Positions 41,553 through 51,610 of a stretch of DNA of 64,000 bases are shown one piece after another. The DNA is from Lachnoclostridium sp. An14 (GTDB taxonomy: Bacteria; Bacillota; Clostridia; Lachnospirales; Lachnospiraceae). Every line of letters begins with the position of its first letter. The stretch's first letter is position 1. The notes beneath the pieces were generated by a model. The model had not been told where the DNA came from. It ran no database searches and saw nothing but the letters and a program-made list of their open reading frames with translations. The stretch is from the NCBI RefSeq assembly GCF_002160755.1, contig NZ_NFLE01000013.1, positions 11,906-75,905 on the forward strand, given 5' to 3'. A program made the position numbers and the translations under genes.

Positions 41553-41715
41553 TAATGAAGGCATGGCCCCGGAGACGCGACAGGAGAGCAGGCGTTTCCG
41601 GGGCCGCGTCCGTCTGGAAACATACTTTTCCAAAAACCATGTTGATTTCTGAAATATTCTTTAGTATAGTATGTATAGATTATCGTGAGGCCAGAAGGCA
41701 GAAGGAGTATCAGAC

Positions 41716-42723
41716 ATGATAAGAATAGCAGTTGACGCCATGGGCGGGGACTACGCGCCGGGAGAAATCGTAAAGGGTGCCGTCCAGGCGGCAGGCAGGA
41801 GAGACGACATCCAGATCGTCCTGATCGGTCAGGAGGCTGTGGTGGCGGAGGAGTTAAAAAAACACACGTACCGGGAAGGCCAGATTGAGGTGAGAAACGC
41901 CACAGAGGTGATCGCCACCGAGGAGCCGCCGGTAAACGCCATCCGCAAAAAGAAAGATTCCTCCCTGGTGGTAGGGATGAACATGGTGAAGAAGGGAGAG
42001 GCCGATGCCATCGTGTCCGCCGGCAGTTCCGGGGCCATCCTGGTGGGCGGCCAGGTCATCGTCGGCAGGATCAAGGGCGTGGAGCGCCCGCCGTTAGCCC
42101 CCCTTATTCCCACGGAGACCGGTGTGTCCCTGCTCATCGACTGCGGGGCCAATGTGGACGCCAGGCCGTCCCATCTGGTCCAGTTTGCCAGAATGGGCTC
42201 CATCTATATGGAGAACGTGGTAGGCATCAAAAACCCCAGGGTCGCCATTGTAAACATCGGCGCCGAGGAGGAAAAGGGAAATGCCCTGGTGAAGGAGACC
42301 TTCCCCCTCTTAAAAGCCTGTGAGGACATCAATTTCATCGGCAGCATCGAGGCCAGGGAGATTCCTCACGGCGGGGCGGACGTGGTGGTCTGCGAGGCCT
42401 TTGTGGGCAATGTGATCCTGAAACTCTACGAGGGCGTGGGGGCTACCCTGATCTCCAAGGTGAAGGAGGGAATGCTCACCAGCCTGCGCAGCAAAATCGG
42501 CGCCCTCCTGGTAAAGCCTGCCCTGAAGGAGACCTTAAAATCCTTTGACGCCAGCAAGTACGGCGGCGCCCCCCTTCTGGGATTAAACGGCCTTGTGGTC
42601 AAGACCCACGGTAATTCCAAAGCAACGGAAGTGTGCAATTCCATCATCCAGTGCGTGACTTTTAAAGAGCAGGGCATCAACGAAAAGATCAGAGAGAGCC
42701 TTGGCACGGAAAAAACAGAGTAA
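41716..42723 (+). CDS. plsX: Phosphate acyltransferase PlsX
   Basis: [15 protein letters not shown]…; 335 aa; promoter TTGATT-17-TATAGT at ~41645. Confidence 0.95.
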   Translation: MIRIAVDAMGGDYAPGEIVKGAVQAAGRRDDIQIVLIGQEAVVAEELKKHTYREGQIEVRNATEVIATEEPPVNAIRKKKDSSLVVGMNMVKKGEADAIVSAGSSGAILVGGQVIVGRIKGVERPPLAPLIPTETGVSLLIDCGANVDARPSHLVQFARMGSIYMENVVGIKNPRVAIVNIGAEEEKGNALVKETFPLLKACEDINFIGSIEAREIPHGGADVVVCEAFVGNVILKLYEGVGATLISKVKEGMLTSLRSKIGALLVKPALKETLKSFDASKYGGAPLLGLNGLVVKTHGNSKATEVCNSIIQCVTFKEQGINEKIRESLGTEKTE

Positions 42724-42739
42724 GGAAAGGAATGAGGTC

Positions 42740-42970
42740 ATGGAATTTGAGAAATTGCAGACGATTATTGGAGAGGTATTAAACATCGAGCCGGACGAGA
42801 TCACCATGGAGTCCACCTTTGTGGACGATCTGGGGGCGGATTCCCTGGATGTATTCCAGATCATCATGGGCATTGAGGAAGAATTTGACATTGAGATCCC
42901 CAGCGAGGAGGCGGAGAAGATCGTTTCCGTGGGCGATGCGGTAGAGCAGATTAAAAATGCGCTGAACTGA
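42740..42970 (+). CDS. acpP: Acyl carrier protein
   Basis: …[26 protein letters not shown]… with the phosphopantetheine Ser in DSLD; 76 aa from ATG 42740 (the ORF is open from 42701). Confidence 0.95.
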   Translation: MEFEKLQTIIGEVLNIEPDEITMESTFVDDLGADSLDVFQIIMGIEEEFDIEIPSEEAEKIVSVGDAVEQIKNALN

Positions 42971-42994
42971 AATTTAGGGGAGGCGTTGAGATAA

Positions 42995-43017
42995 AAGCCC
43001 TGACCCAGGGCTTTTTA
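42995..43017 (+). terminator. Rho-independent terminator after acpP
   Basis: AAGCCCTG-ACCC-AGGGCTT followed by TTTTA. Confidence 0.75.
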
Positions 43018-43216
43018 TGTTGTGTTGTAGAAAACAGCGTTCCCTATGGCACAACAGCCTCCGGCGCGGGTGTGCGCTGCTGCGCACACTTGTGCCATAG
43101 AAAACAGCATTCCTTATGGCACAACAGCCTCCGGCGGATGCACACTGCGCGCAAAGGGAAATAGCTGCTGACGCAGCTGCGCTCCGGCGCGGGTGTGCGC
43201 AGTAGCGCACACTTTT
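43017..43216. repeat. Intergenic palindromic repeat element, copy 4 (duplicated A' module + B + C; ~200 bp)
   Basis: …tagaaaacagcgttccctatggcacaacagcctccggcgcgggtgtgcgctgctgcgcacact / tgtgccatagaaaacagcattccttatggcacaacagcctccggcggatgcacactgcgcgcaaagggaaatagctgctgacgcagctgcgctccggcgcgggtgtgcgcagtagcgcacactt. Confidence 0.85.
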
Positions 43217-43272
43217 TAAAAGAAGGGCCGGGCCAAAGCGGGGCCGCGGCCCTTCGGGGAGAGAGGAGAATT

Positions 43273-43980
43273 ATGAATCGTAAATTGGAAAAGCTGGAGC
43301 AGGTTATCGGGTACCGGTTTCGGGACAAAACCCTTTTGTCCCATGCCATGACCCACAGTTCCTACGCCAACGAGAGACACTGGGAAAAAGCGAGAAACAA
43401 CGAGCGGCTGGAGTTTTTAGGCGACGCCGTGCTGGAGCTGGTCTCCAGCGACTTCTTATTTCAAAAAAGCGGACAGATGCCGGAGGGCGAGATGACCAGG
43501 ACGAGGGCCAGCATGGTCTGCGAGCAGGCCTTAGCCTACTGCGCCGGGGAGATCCATCTGGGAGAGTACCTGCTTTTAGGCCGCGGTGAGGAGGCCACGG
43601 GAGGACGGGAGAGAAGCTCCGTCGTGTCAGACGCCATGGAAGCGCTCATCGGCTCCATCTATTTGGACGGTGGTTTTGCTAGTGCAAAAGAGTTCATCCA
43701 CAGATTCATCCTGAACGACTTGGAGAACAAGCAGCTCTTTTATGATAGCAAGACTATTCTGCAGGAAATGGTGCAGGGAATGGGAAAAGAGACCCTCACC
43801 TACGAGCTTTTGGGAGAAGAAGGGCCGGAGCACAACCGCGTCTATGAGACCTGCGCAAAGATCGGCGGCCGGGAGATCGGCCGCGGCCAGGGACGCTCCA
43901 AAAAAGCGGCGGAGCAGATGGCGGCCTACAAGGGCATTTTAAAGCTCAAGGAGGAAGGCGCCAGGGAGCCGGAAGAATAA
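43273..43980 (+). CDS. rnc: Ribonuclease III
   Basis: …NERLEFLGDAVLELVSSDFLF… RNase III signature plus a C-terminal dsRBD. Start at ATG 43273 (RBS GAGAGGAGAA). Confidence 0.95.
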   Translation: MNRKLEKLEQVIGYRFRDKTLLSHAMTHSSYANERHWEKARNNERLEFLGDAVLELVSSDFLFQKSGQMPEGEMTRTRASMVCEQALAYCAGEIHLGEYLLLGRGEEATGGRERSSVVSDAMEALIGSIYLDGGFASAKEFIHRFILNDLENKQLFYDSKTILQEMVQGMGKETLTYELLGEEGPEHNRVYETCAKIGGREIGRGQGRSKKAAEQMAAYKGILKLKEEGAREPEE

Positions 43981-43991
43981 AAGGGGAATCT

Positions 43992-46900
43992 ATGTATTTA
44001 AAAAGTATTGAAATCCACGGTTTCAAGTCATTTGCCAACAAGATCGTATTTCAGTTCCACAACGGCATCACCGGCATCGTCGGCCCCAACGGCAGCGGAA
44101 AGAGCAACGTAGCCGACGCCGTCCGCTGGGTGTTAGGCGAGCAGAAGGTGAAACAGCTGCGGGGTTCCAGTATGCAGGATGTAATCTTTGCCGGTACGGA
44201 GCTCAGAAAACCTCAGGGCTTTGCCTCCGTGGCCATCACCCTGGACAACTCCGACCACAAGCTGCCAGTGGAATACGACGAAGTGACCATCACCAGGCGC
44301 ATTTACCGGTCCGGGGAGAGCGAGTACCTGATGAACGGCAGCGTCTGCCGCTTAAAGGACATCAACGAGCTGTTTTACGACACCGGTATCGGCAAGGAGG
44401 GCTACTCCATTATCGGCCAGGGCCAGATCGACAAGATCTTAAGCGGAAAGCCGGAGGAGCGCAGAGAGCTGTTTGACGAGGCCGCCGGTATCGTCAAGTT
44501 CAAGCGCCGCAAGGTGGTGGCCCAGAAAAAGCTGGAGGACGAGAAACAGAACCTGGTTCGCGTGACGGACATTCTCACGGAGCTGGAAAAGCAGGTAGGC
44601 CCCCTGGCCAGACAGTCCGAGACGGCCAAGGAGTACCTGCGGTTAAAGGAAGAATTGAAACGAAGCGACGCCAACGCCTTCCTTCTGGAGACAGAGGAAA
44701 TCCAGACCCAGAAACGGGAGCTGGAGGAAAAGGAGTCCATCGTCTCCGGCCATCTGGCGGATGTGAAACAGGCCTCCGAGGACTTAAAACAGGAGTATGA
44801 CCGCCTGACGGAGTCCATCGCCGCCCTGGACCAGGAGCTGGCGAAAAAGCGGGAGGAGCACACCAGCGCCGGGATGCTAAAGGGCAATTTAGAAGGCCAG
44901 ATCGGCGTGCTGCGGGAGCAGATCAACACCGAGCGGATGAACGCGGAGCACATCGCCTCCCGGGTGGCCGCCATCGACGGGGAGCTGGCAGAGAAAAACA
45001 CCCAGATGGCAGGCTACGAGGCGGAGCGGGACGAGGTGGCCGCCGAGGCGGAAACCTGCGTAAAGCGCCAGGAGGAGGCGGAGGAAACCCTGCGCCGCAC
45101 CGAGGAGTCCATCATGGTGCTGGACCAGCGCATCGAGGAGAACAAGGCCGCTATTATCACCAACTTAAATGAAAAGGCGTCCTTAGCCGCCAGAAAGCAG
45201 CGGTACGCCACCATGCTGGAGCAGGCCCAGGTGCGCCGCTCCGAGGTGGCCCAGCGCTTACTGAAATTTAAGAGCGACGAGTCCGTCCAGGACGAACAGC
45301 TGAAGGTGGAACGGGCGGCCCTTTCCGCCATTGAGGAGGAGCTTTCCAGTCTGGCGGAGCGTCAGGCGGCGTCGGAAGGCCGCATCGACGAGCTGGAGCA
45401 GGAAGTGCGCCGCTTAAACCGCAATTTAAACAACACCCAGCAGCAGTACCACACCAGCCACACCAAGTTAGACTCCCTCCGCAACCTGGCGGAGCGCTAC
45501 GAGGGCTACGGCGGCAGCATCCGCCGGGTCATGGAAGTGCGGGACCGGGTGCGGGGCATCCAAGGGGTGGTGGCGGACATCATCACCACGGAGAAAAAAT
45601 ACGAGGTGGCGGTGGAGACGGCCCTGGGAGGTAGCATCCAGAACATTGTCACCGACTCGGAGCAGACTGCCAAGCAGCTCATCGAGTATTTGAAGAAAAA
45701 TAAATACGGCCGCGCCACCTTCCTTCCCCTCACCAGCGTGAGCGGAAAAGGCGGATTCCATCAGGAGGCGGCCCTAAAAGAGCCGGGGATCATCGGCCTG
45801 GCCAACCGCCTGGTACACGTGGAGCCTCAGTACGAGGGGCTGGCGGACTACCTGTTAGGCCGGGTGGTGGTGGCGGAAAACATCGACTGCGCCATCGCCG
45901 TAGCCAGGAAGTACCGCTATTCCCTGCGGATCGTCACCCTGGAAGGCGAGCTGTTGAGCGCCGGAGGTTCCATGACGGGAGGCGCCTTTAAAAACACCAG
46001 CAACCTCCTTGGACGCCGCCGGGAGATTGAGGAGCTGGAGGAGGCCTGCAAAAAGGCCCTGGTCCAGGTGGACGAGATCCAGAAGGACCTGGCCTTAAAC
46101 GAGGGCCTGCTCTCCGAGGAAAAAGAGCATCTGGAGTCCATCAAAAGCTCCAGACAGGACGCAGTGCTGCGCCGGAATACGGTGCAGATCGGCATTTCCG
46201 GCCTGGAGGAGAAGAAGGCAGAGATCGCCGAGTCCTCCACCGACATGGTGCGGGAGAATAAGGACCTGGAGGAACAGCTGCGGGACATCGCCGCCAGCCA
46301 GAGCGAGCTGGGAAACGAGGAGCGGCAGCTGGAGGAGAAAAACGCCTCCATCACCCAGGAAATCGACGAATTAAACGGCAGGCTGGAGCAGGAAAAGCAG
46401 GCCAGCGTCCTGCGGAGAGAGGAGCTGGCGAAGGCCCAGTTAGAGACCTCCGGCCTGCATCAGAAACACCAGTTTGCCTTAGAAAATATCCGCCGCGTCC
46501 GGGAGGAGATGAAACGCCTGGACGAGGAAAAGCAGAGCCTTGGAAACGGGGCCGGCGACAGCAGCCAGGCCATCGCGGAAAAGGAGGCGGAGATCGGCCG
46601 CTTGACAGAGCTCATCGAAAACGCGGAGAAAAACGCCACCCGCCTGGCAGAGGAGCTCTCCGCCGCCACCCGCGACCGGGAGGAGCGGACGGCCAGGCAG
46701 AGCACCTTCTTTGAAAAGCGGGAGGAGCTCTCCGGGGAGGTGTCCCGCCTGGACAAGGAGATGTTCCGTCTCCAGAGCCAGGGAGAAAAGCTGGCGGAGC
46801 GTCTGGACAGCTACGTGGACTATATGTGGAGCGAGTACGAGCTCACCTATTCCCGGGCCGAGGCCCTGCGGGACGATGGCCTGCCGGGGCTTTCAGAGTT

Positions 46901-47552
46901 GAAAAAGCAGGTGGAGTCCTTAAAGGCCGCCATCCGTGCCCTGGGAAATGTAAACGTGAACGCCATCGAGGATTACAAGGAGATTTCCGAGCGGTATGAG
47001 TTCATGAAAGGCCAGCACGAGGACCTGGTGAAAGCGGAGGCCGTGCTCTTAAACATCATTGAGGAGCTGGACGCCGGTATGAGGCGGCAGTTTGAGGAGA
47101 AGTTCCGGGAGATCCGCGGCGAGTTCGACAAGGTATTTAAGGAAATGTTCGGCGGCGGAAACGGAAAGCTGGAGCTTTTGGAGGACGAGGACATCCTGGA
47201 GGCGGGCATCCAGATCATCGCCCAGCCGCCGGGAAAGAAACTGCAGAACATGATGCAGCTCTCCGGCGGGGAAAAGGCCCTGACGGCCATCGCCCTGCTG
47301 TTTGCCATCCAGAATTTAAAGCCGTCCCCGTTCTGCCTGCTGGACGAGATCGAGGCGGCCCTGGACGATTCCAACGTGGACCGTTTCGCCAATTACCTGC
47401 ACAAGCTGACAAAGTACACCCAGTTTATCGTCATCACCCACAGGAGAGGCACTATGGTGGCAGCGGACCGGCTCTACGGCATCACCATGCAGGAGAAAGG
47501 CGTTTCCACCCTGGTGAGCGTCAACCTGATCGAGGACGATCTGGACAAATAA
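43992..47552 (+). CDS. smc: Chromosome partition protein Smc
   Basis: 1186 aa; N-terminal Walker A …GPNGSGKSN…; long coiled coils; hinge; C-terminal …LSGGEKALTAIALLFAI…LLDEIEAALD…. Confidence 0.95.
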   Translation: MYLKSIEIHGFKSFANKIVFQFHNGITGIVGPNGSGKSNVADAVRWVLGEQKVKQLRGSSMQDVIFAGTELRKPQGFASVAITLDNSDHKLPVEYDEVTITRRIYRSGESEYLMNGSVCRLKDINELFYDTGIGKEGYSIIGQGQIDKILSGKPEERRELFDEAAGIVKFKRRKVVAQKKLEDEKQNLVRVTDILTELEKQVGPLARQSETAKEYLRLKEELKRSDANAFLLETEEIQTQKRELEEKESIVSGHLADVKQASEDLKQEYDRLTESIAALDQELAKKREEHTSAGMLKGNLEGQIGVLREQINTERMNAEHIASRVAAIDGELAEKNTQMAGYEAERDEVAAEAETCVKRQEEAEETLRRTEESIMVLDQRIEENKAAIITNLNEKASLAARKQRYATMLEQAQVRRSEVAQRLLKFKSDESVQDEQLKVERAALSAIEEELSSLAERQAASEGRIDELEQEVRRLNRNLNNTQQQYHTSHTKLDSLRNLAERYEGYGGSIRRVMEVRDRVRGIQGVVADIITTEKKYEVAVETALGGSIQNIVTDSEQTAKQLIEYLKKNKYGRATFLPLTSVSGKGGFHQEAALKEPGIIGLANRLVHVEPQYEGLADYLLGRVVVAENIDCAIAVARKYRYSLRIVTLEGELLSAGGSMTGGAFKNTSNLLGRRREIEELEEACKKALVQVDEIQKDLALNEGLLSEEKEHLESIKSSRQDAVLRRNTVQIGISGLEEKKAEIAESSTDMVRENKDLEEQLRDIAASQSELGNEERQLEEKNASITQEIDELNGRLEQEKQASVLRREELAKAQLETSGLHQKHQFALENIRRVREEMKRLDEEKQSLGNGAGDSSQAIAEKEAEIGRLTELIENAEKNATRLAEELSAATRDREERTARQSTFFEKREELSGEVSRLDKEMFRLQSQGEKLAERLDSYVDYMWSEYELTYSRAEALRDDGLPGLSELKKQVESLKAAIRALGNVNVNAIEDYKEISERYEFMKGQHEDLVKAEAVLLNIIEELDAGMRRQFEEKFREIRGEFDKVFKEMFGGGNGKLELLEDEDILEAGIQIIAQPPGKKLQNMMQLSGGEKALTAIALLFAIQNLKPSPFCLLDEIEAALDDSNVDRFANYLHKLTKYTQFIVITHRRGTMVAADRLYGITMQEKGVSTLVSVNLIEDDLDK

Positions 47553-47784
47553 AAGGGATACAAAATGGACATGACCGCTAACGCGGTCATCACAAATCAT
47601 GAAAGCCAGATGGCTCCACGCCTACGGCGTTCCCGCCATCTGCCGACGGTATTCGAAATCCGGGCTGCCGCCCTACTTTCTCATACCGTCTTGCCCGTCT
47701 GATGCCGATATATCTATGCGCGAGGGCGCGCCCATCTATATCGTCGCCATCCGGGGCTTTCATAGTAAATAGGAGGAAAAGTGT

Positions 47785-48720
47785 ATGGAGGAGCAGAAAA
47801 AAGGATTTTTTGGCAGGCTGGTGGAGGGCCTGACCAAGACCAGGAACAACATCGTGTCGGGAATCGACTCCATTTTCAGCGGATTTTCCGCCATCGACGA
47901 CGACTTTTATGAGGAGATTGAGGAAACCCTCATCATGGGCGATCTGGGGATCCAGACCACCACGTCCATCATCGAGCACCTGCGCCAGACCGTAAAGGAG
48001 CAGCACATCAAGGAGCCTGCGGAGTGCAAGCAGATTCTCATCGACAGCATCAAAAAGCAGATGGACCTGGGGGAAAACGCCTACGAGTTTGAAAACCGCA
48101 AGTCCGTGGTGTTAGTCATCGGCGTCAACGGCGTGGGAAAGACCACCTCCGTAGGAAAGCTGGCGGGGCAGCTAAAGGACAGCGGCCGCAAGGTGCTTTT
48201 GGGGGCGGCGGACACCTTCCGCGCCGGAGCCATCGAGCAGCTGACGGAGTGGGCCAACCGGGCGGGGGTGGACATCATCGCCCAGCAGGAGGGCTCTGAC
48301 CCGGCCGCCGTGGTCTACGACGCCGTCTCCGCGGCCAAATCCAGGAACGCGGACGTGCTGATCTGCGACACCGCCGGCCGCCTTCACAACAAGAAGAACC
48401 TGATGGAGGAGTTAAAAAAGATCAACCGCATCATCGACAAGGAGTACCCGGAGGCCTACCGGGAGAACCTGGTGGTACTGGACGGCACCACCGGGCAGAA
48501 CGCCCTGTCCCAGGCCAGACAGTTTATGGAGGTGGCGGACGTGACCGGCATCATCCTCACCAAGCTGGACGGCACCGCAAAGGGCGGCATCGCCGTGGCC
48601 ATCCAGTCGGAGCTTGGCATCCCGGTGAAGTATATCGGGATCGGTGAGAAGATCGACGACCTGCAAAAATTTGACGCCGGCGCCTTTGTCAACGCGCTGT
48701 TCGACATAAAAGAAAACTGA
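47785..48720 (+). CDS. ftsY: Signal recognition particle receptor FtsY
   Basis: SRP GTPase NG domain …[17 protein letters not shown]…DTAGR…[10 protein letters not shown]…; 311 aa. Confidence 0.95.
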   Translation: MEEQKKGFFGRLVEGLTKTRNNIVSGIDSIFSGFSAIDDDFYEEIEETLIMGDLGIQTTTSIIEHLRQTVKEQHIKEPAECKQILIDSIKKQMDLGENAYEFENRKSVVLVIGVNGVGKTTSVGKLAGQLKDSGRKVLLGAADTFRAGAIEQLTEWANRAGVDIIAQQEGSDPAAVVYDAVSAAKSRNADVLICDTAGRLHNKKNLMEELKKINRIIDKEYPEAYRENLVVLDGTTGQNALSQARQFMEVADVTGIILTKLDGTAKGGIAVAIQSELGIPVKYIGIGEKIDDLQKFDAGAFVNALFDIKEN

Positions 48721-48745
48721 AGAAACGGACCGGAGGGGGAAAAGT

Positions 48746-50005
48746 ATGGGCCGGTTTGATGTGAAGACTCCTTTGAGGAGCAATCTGCATTATTTTTTGA
48801 AATGGACATTTATATCCTGCGTCATCGGGATTGCGGTGGGGCTTGTGGGAGCGGTGTTTGGCCGGGCGATCACCTGGGTTACCGCCTTCTGGCATGATCA
48901 TTCCTGGACGCTGTTTCTGGCGCCTGCCGCGGGCCTGGCCATCGTCTGGCTGTACCGCACCTTCCACGAGGAGGGCAACCGGGGCACCAACCTGGTGCTG
49001 GAGGCCATCTCCGCCAACGAGGAGGTATCCCTGGCCACGGCGCCTCTGATTTTCTTAGGGACGCTGCTGACCCATTTCGTGTCCGGCTCTGCCGGACGGG
49101 AGGGGGCGGCCCTGCAGCTGGGAGGCAGCCTGGGAAACCAGCTGGGAAAGTGGATGCGGCTGGACGAAAAGGATAAAAAGATCGCCGTGATGTGCGGCAT
49201 GAGCGCCTGTTTCGCGGCGCTGTTTGGCACGCCCATGGCGGCGGGGATCTTTTCCCTGGAGGTGGTGAGCATCGGCGTGCTGTACTACGCGGCCCTGGTG
49301 CCCTGCGTGTTTGCCTCCTTTATCGGGGCGGCCATCTCCCGGCAGTTCGGAAACCTGCCGGAGCAGTTTCTGCTGGAGGGGGCGCCGGCTTTCGGCATTT
49401 CGGAGGCGGTGTTTACCGTGGGCCTTGGGGTGGCCTGCGCCCTGGTAAGCGTCCTGTTCTGTATCATCCTGCACCAGTCGGAAAAGCTGTACCGGAAATA
49501 TTTTCCAAACAGCTACCTGCGGATCCTGGCGGGCAGCGTCCTCTTTGTGGGCCTGACTCTCCTGGTGGGAAACCGGGAGTACAACGGCAGCGGCATCCAT
49601 CTGGTGGCGGAGATCATGGAGGGAGGACAGGTGGGCCTGTTTGCCTTCCTGTTAAAAATGGTGTTTACCGCCGTGGCCCTGGGCGCCGGCTTTAAGGGCG
49701 GAGAGATCGTTCCCACCCTGTGCGTAGGGGCGGCCTTCGGCGCGGCGGTGTCCCAGATCACCGGCATGGATCAGGCCCTCTGCGCGGCCTGCGGCATGGC
49801 GGCCCTGTTTGTGGGCGTCACCAACTGTCCCATCGCCTCGGTGATCCTGGCCTTTGAGATGTTTGGCTATGGGGCCATGCCCTACTTTGCCATTATCGTG
49901 GCGGTGAGCTTTACCCTGTCCGGCTACTACGGACTGTACAAGAGCCAGAAATTTGTGTACTCCAAGCTGAAGGCGGAGTATATCAATATTCGCTCTCACG
50001 AGTGA
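48746..50005 (+). CDS. ClC-family anion channel/antiporter (short ~419 aa form; possibly the CLC-F fluoride subclass)
   Basis: …GSAGREGAALQLG… (GREG motif with gating Glu), N-terminal GTNLV-type first motif, ~10 TM helices. It immediately follows ftsY, with no room for a riboswitch. Confidence 0.8.
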   Translation: MGRFDVKTPLRSNLHYFLKWTFISCVIGIAVGLVGAVFGRAITWVTAFWHDHSWTLFLAPAAGLAIVWLYRTFHEEGNRGTNLVLEAISANEEVSLATAPLIFLGTLLTHFVSGSAGREGAALQLGGSLGNQLGKWMRLDEKDKKIAVMCGMSACFAALFGTPMAAGIFSLEVVSIGVLYYAALVPCVFASFIGAAISRQFGNLPEQFLLEGAPAFGISEAVFTVGLGVACALVSVLFCIILHQSEKLYRKYFPNSYLRILAGSVLFVGLTLLVGNREYNGSGIHLVAEIMEGGQVGLFAFLLKMVFTAVALGAGFKGGEIVPTLCVGAAFGAAVSQITGMDQALCAACGMAALFVGVTNCPIASVILAFEMFGYGAMPYFAIIVAVSFTLSGYYGLYKSQKFVYSKLKAEYINIRSHE

Positions 50006-50124
50006 GGAAACTTGGAAATAGGCTGTCTGTGGGACGGAGGTGAGAATGTCTGCGGTACACGGACAAATGAAGGTGTCCGCAGTACACGGACAGACGGGAG
50101 AGAAAGAAAGGAGGCGTTTTCCTG

Positions 50125-50886
50125 GTGAAGATCATCATTTCCCCGGCGAAGAAAATGGAGACGGAGACGGACCTGATGGAGGCCTTGGGAGAGCCGGTGT
50201 TTCTGGAGCGGGCGGAGCGGATCCGGGACGTGCTGCGGGGGCTTTCCAGGGAGGAGTTAAAGGAGCTCTACCAGGCCAACGACAGCATTACGGAGTTAAA
50301 CTACCGCCGCCTCCAGGAGATGGATGTCCGCCGGGGGCTGACACCGGCGGTACTGTCCTATGTGGGCATTCAGTACCAGTCCATGGCGCCGCGGGTGTTT
50401 ACGGACCGCCAGTGGGAGTACGTGAGGGACCACCTCTGTATTTTAAGCGGGTTTTACGGCATTTTAAAGGCCATGGACGGGGTAGTGCCCTACCGGCTGG
50501 AGATGCAGGCGAAACTGTCTGTGGACGGGAGCCGAGATCTGTACGGATACTGGGGAGACGCCCTTTACCGGGAGCTGACGGCGGGAGAGGAGCGGCCGGT
50601 GATCGTAAATCTGGCCTCCAAGGAGTACAGCCGCGCCGTGGAGCCCTATCTGCGGCCGGAGGACCGTTTCATCACCTGTGTGTTCGGGGAGCTGGCCCAG
50701 GATAAAAAGGGAAACCCGAAGGTAAAGGTGAAGGCCACCCAGGCCAAGATGGCCAGGGGCAGCATGGTGCGATACCTGGCTGCGGTTCAGGGGGAGGAGC
50801 CGGAGGTGATGAAGGAATTCCGGGAGGACGGGTTCCGGTTTTCGAAGGAGCTTTCTGCGGAGAACGAGTACGTGTTTTTAAAGTGA
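50125..50886 (+). CDS. yaaA: YaaA-family (DUF328/UPF0246) peroxide-stress protein
   Basis: (V)KIIISPAKKM… canonical YaaA N-terminus; GTG start at 50125 with RBS AAAGGAGG 8 nt upstream; 253 aa. Confidence 0.85.
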   Translation: MKIIISPAKKMETETDLMEALGEPVFLERAERIRDVLRGLSREELKELYQANDSITELNYRRLQEMDVRRGLTPAVLSYVGIQYQSMAPRVFTDRQWEYVRDHLCILSGFYGILKAMDGVVPYRLEMQAKLSVDGSRDLYGYWGDALYRELTAGEERPVIVNLASKEYSRAVEPYLRPEDRFITCVFGELAQDKKGNPKVKVKATQAKMARGSMVRYLAAVQGEEPEVMKEFREDGFRFSKELSAENEYVFLK

Positions 50887-51050
50887 GAGCCGCCGTTTCT
50901 CTGCGGAAGGCAGAGGCGGAAAAACGGCGCGGAACAGGGGAGTTTTCCCGTGATTTTCCAGAAGTTTTTCAGGGATTTCACAGAGGGTTTTCCGGAAAAG
51001 ACTGAAAGAAGGTCTTGAAAAATACCTGGAAAAAATTTTTTCACAGGGGA

Positions 51051-51079
51051 TTGACAAGCCGGAAAAACAGCGCTATGAT
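51051..51079 (+). promoter_or_regulatory. Sigma-A promoter of a T-box-like leader
   Basis: TTGACA (51051) -17- TATGAT (51074). Confidence 0.5.
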
Positions 51080-51085
51080 ACACCT

Positions 51086-51351
51086 AAATTCATAGTTCGC
51101 GATGACGAGGAGGAGTAGTCGGACGGGAATCTACAGAGAGCTGCCGGTTGGTGCAAGGCAGTGAGGAAGGTCCGGTGAATATCACCTCAGAGCTTTCGGG
51201 CTGAAACGGTTTGCAGTAAGCCTGGACGGAGAACAGCCGTTATCCTGTTGCCCATTGTCAGATGGGAGCGAGTGGCCGTGCAAGCGGCAAAAAGAGTGGT
51301 ACCGCAGAGGTTTGAGCCTTTGTCTCTTGGAGTAGAGACAAGGGCTTTTTT
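51086..51351 (+). promoter_or_regulatory. T-box-like riboswitch leader (stem I with GA/K-turn motif and AGAGAG box; T-box-like AGAGUGGUACCGCAG; intrinsic terminator)
   Basis: …GCGATGACGAGGAGGAGTAG… (GA motif) and …CAGAGAGC… (AG box). AAAAAGAGTGGTACCGCAGAGG (51291-51310) matches the T-box consensus AGGGUGGNACCGCG at 11 of 14 positions. Terminator GCCTTTGTCTC…GAGACAAGGGC + TTTTTTG (51315-51351). The next gene (BASS transporter) starts ~260 nt downstream, which is unusually far. Confidence 0.5.
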
Positions 51352-51610
51352 GTTTCCTGTGAAACAAAACCGCATTTCCGGATTTCCTCCAATCCTGGAA
51401 ACGCGGCGTTTCCAGGAGGAGGGAAACAGCCATTCCTTTCGCTGCGGAACGGTGTCTGAGGGCAGAGATGCCGGCAGACCGGACGAGAGGTTGTCAGGAC
51501 GCCCCGGATCAGGTTCCGGGGCGGGTAAAAAACCTGGGTCAGCCGCAGCCGCCCGCCCGGCCCTCGCCGGTCGCGGAGATGGAGAATGATAGGGAAAAGG
51601 AGAAACTGTT

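Noticed and set aside
47553-47784. Possible small gene or terminator between smc and ftsY (hairpin GACCGC-taa-GCGGTC)
   Set aside because: The hairpin lacks a U-tract, and no ORF with an RBS is present. Left as an unannotated intergenic region.
48721-48745. Fluoride riboswitch upstream of the ClC-family gene
   Set aside because: Only a 25-bp gap to ftsY, with no room for a crcB-motif RNA.
50040-50705. 221-aa + ORF overlapping yaaA in another frame
   Set aside because: Gly/Ala/Pro/Arg-rich artefact. The YaaA frame has the canonical KIIISPAKKM N-terminus.
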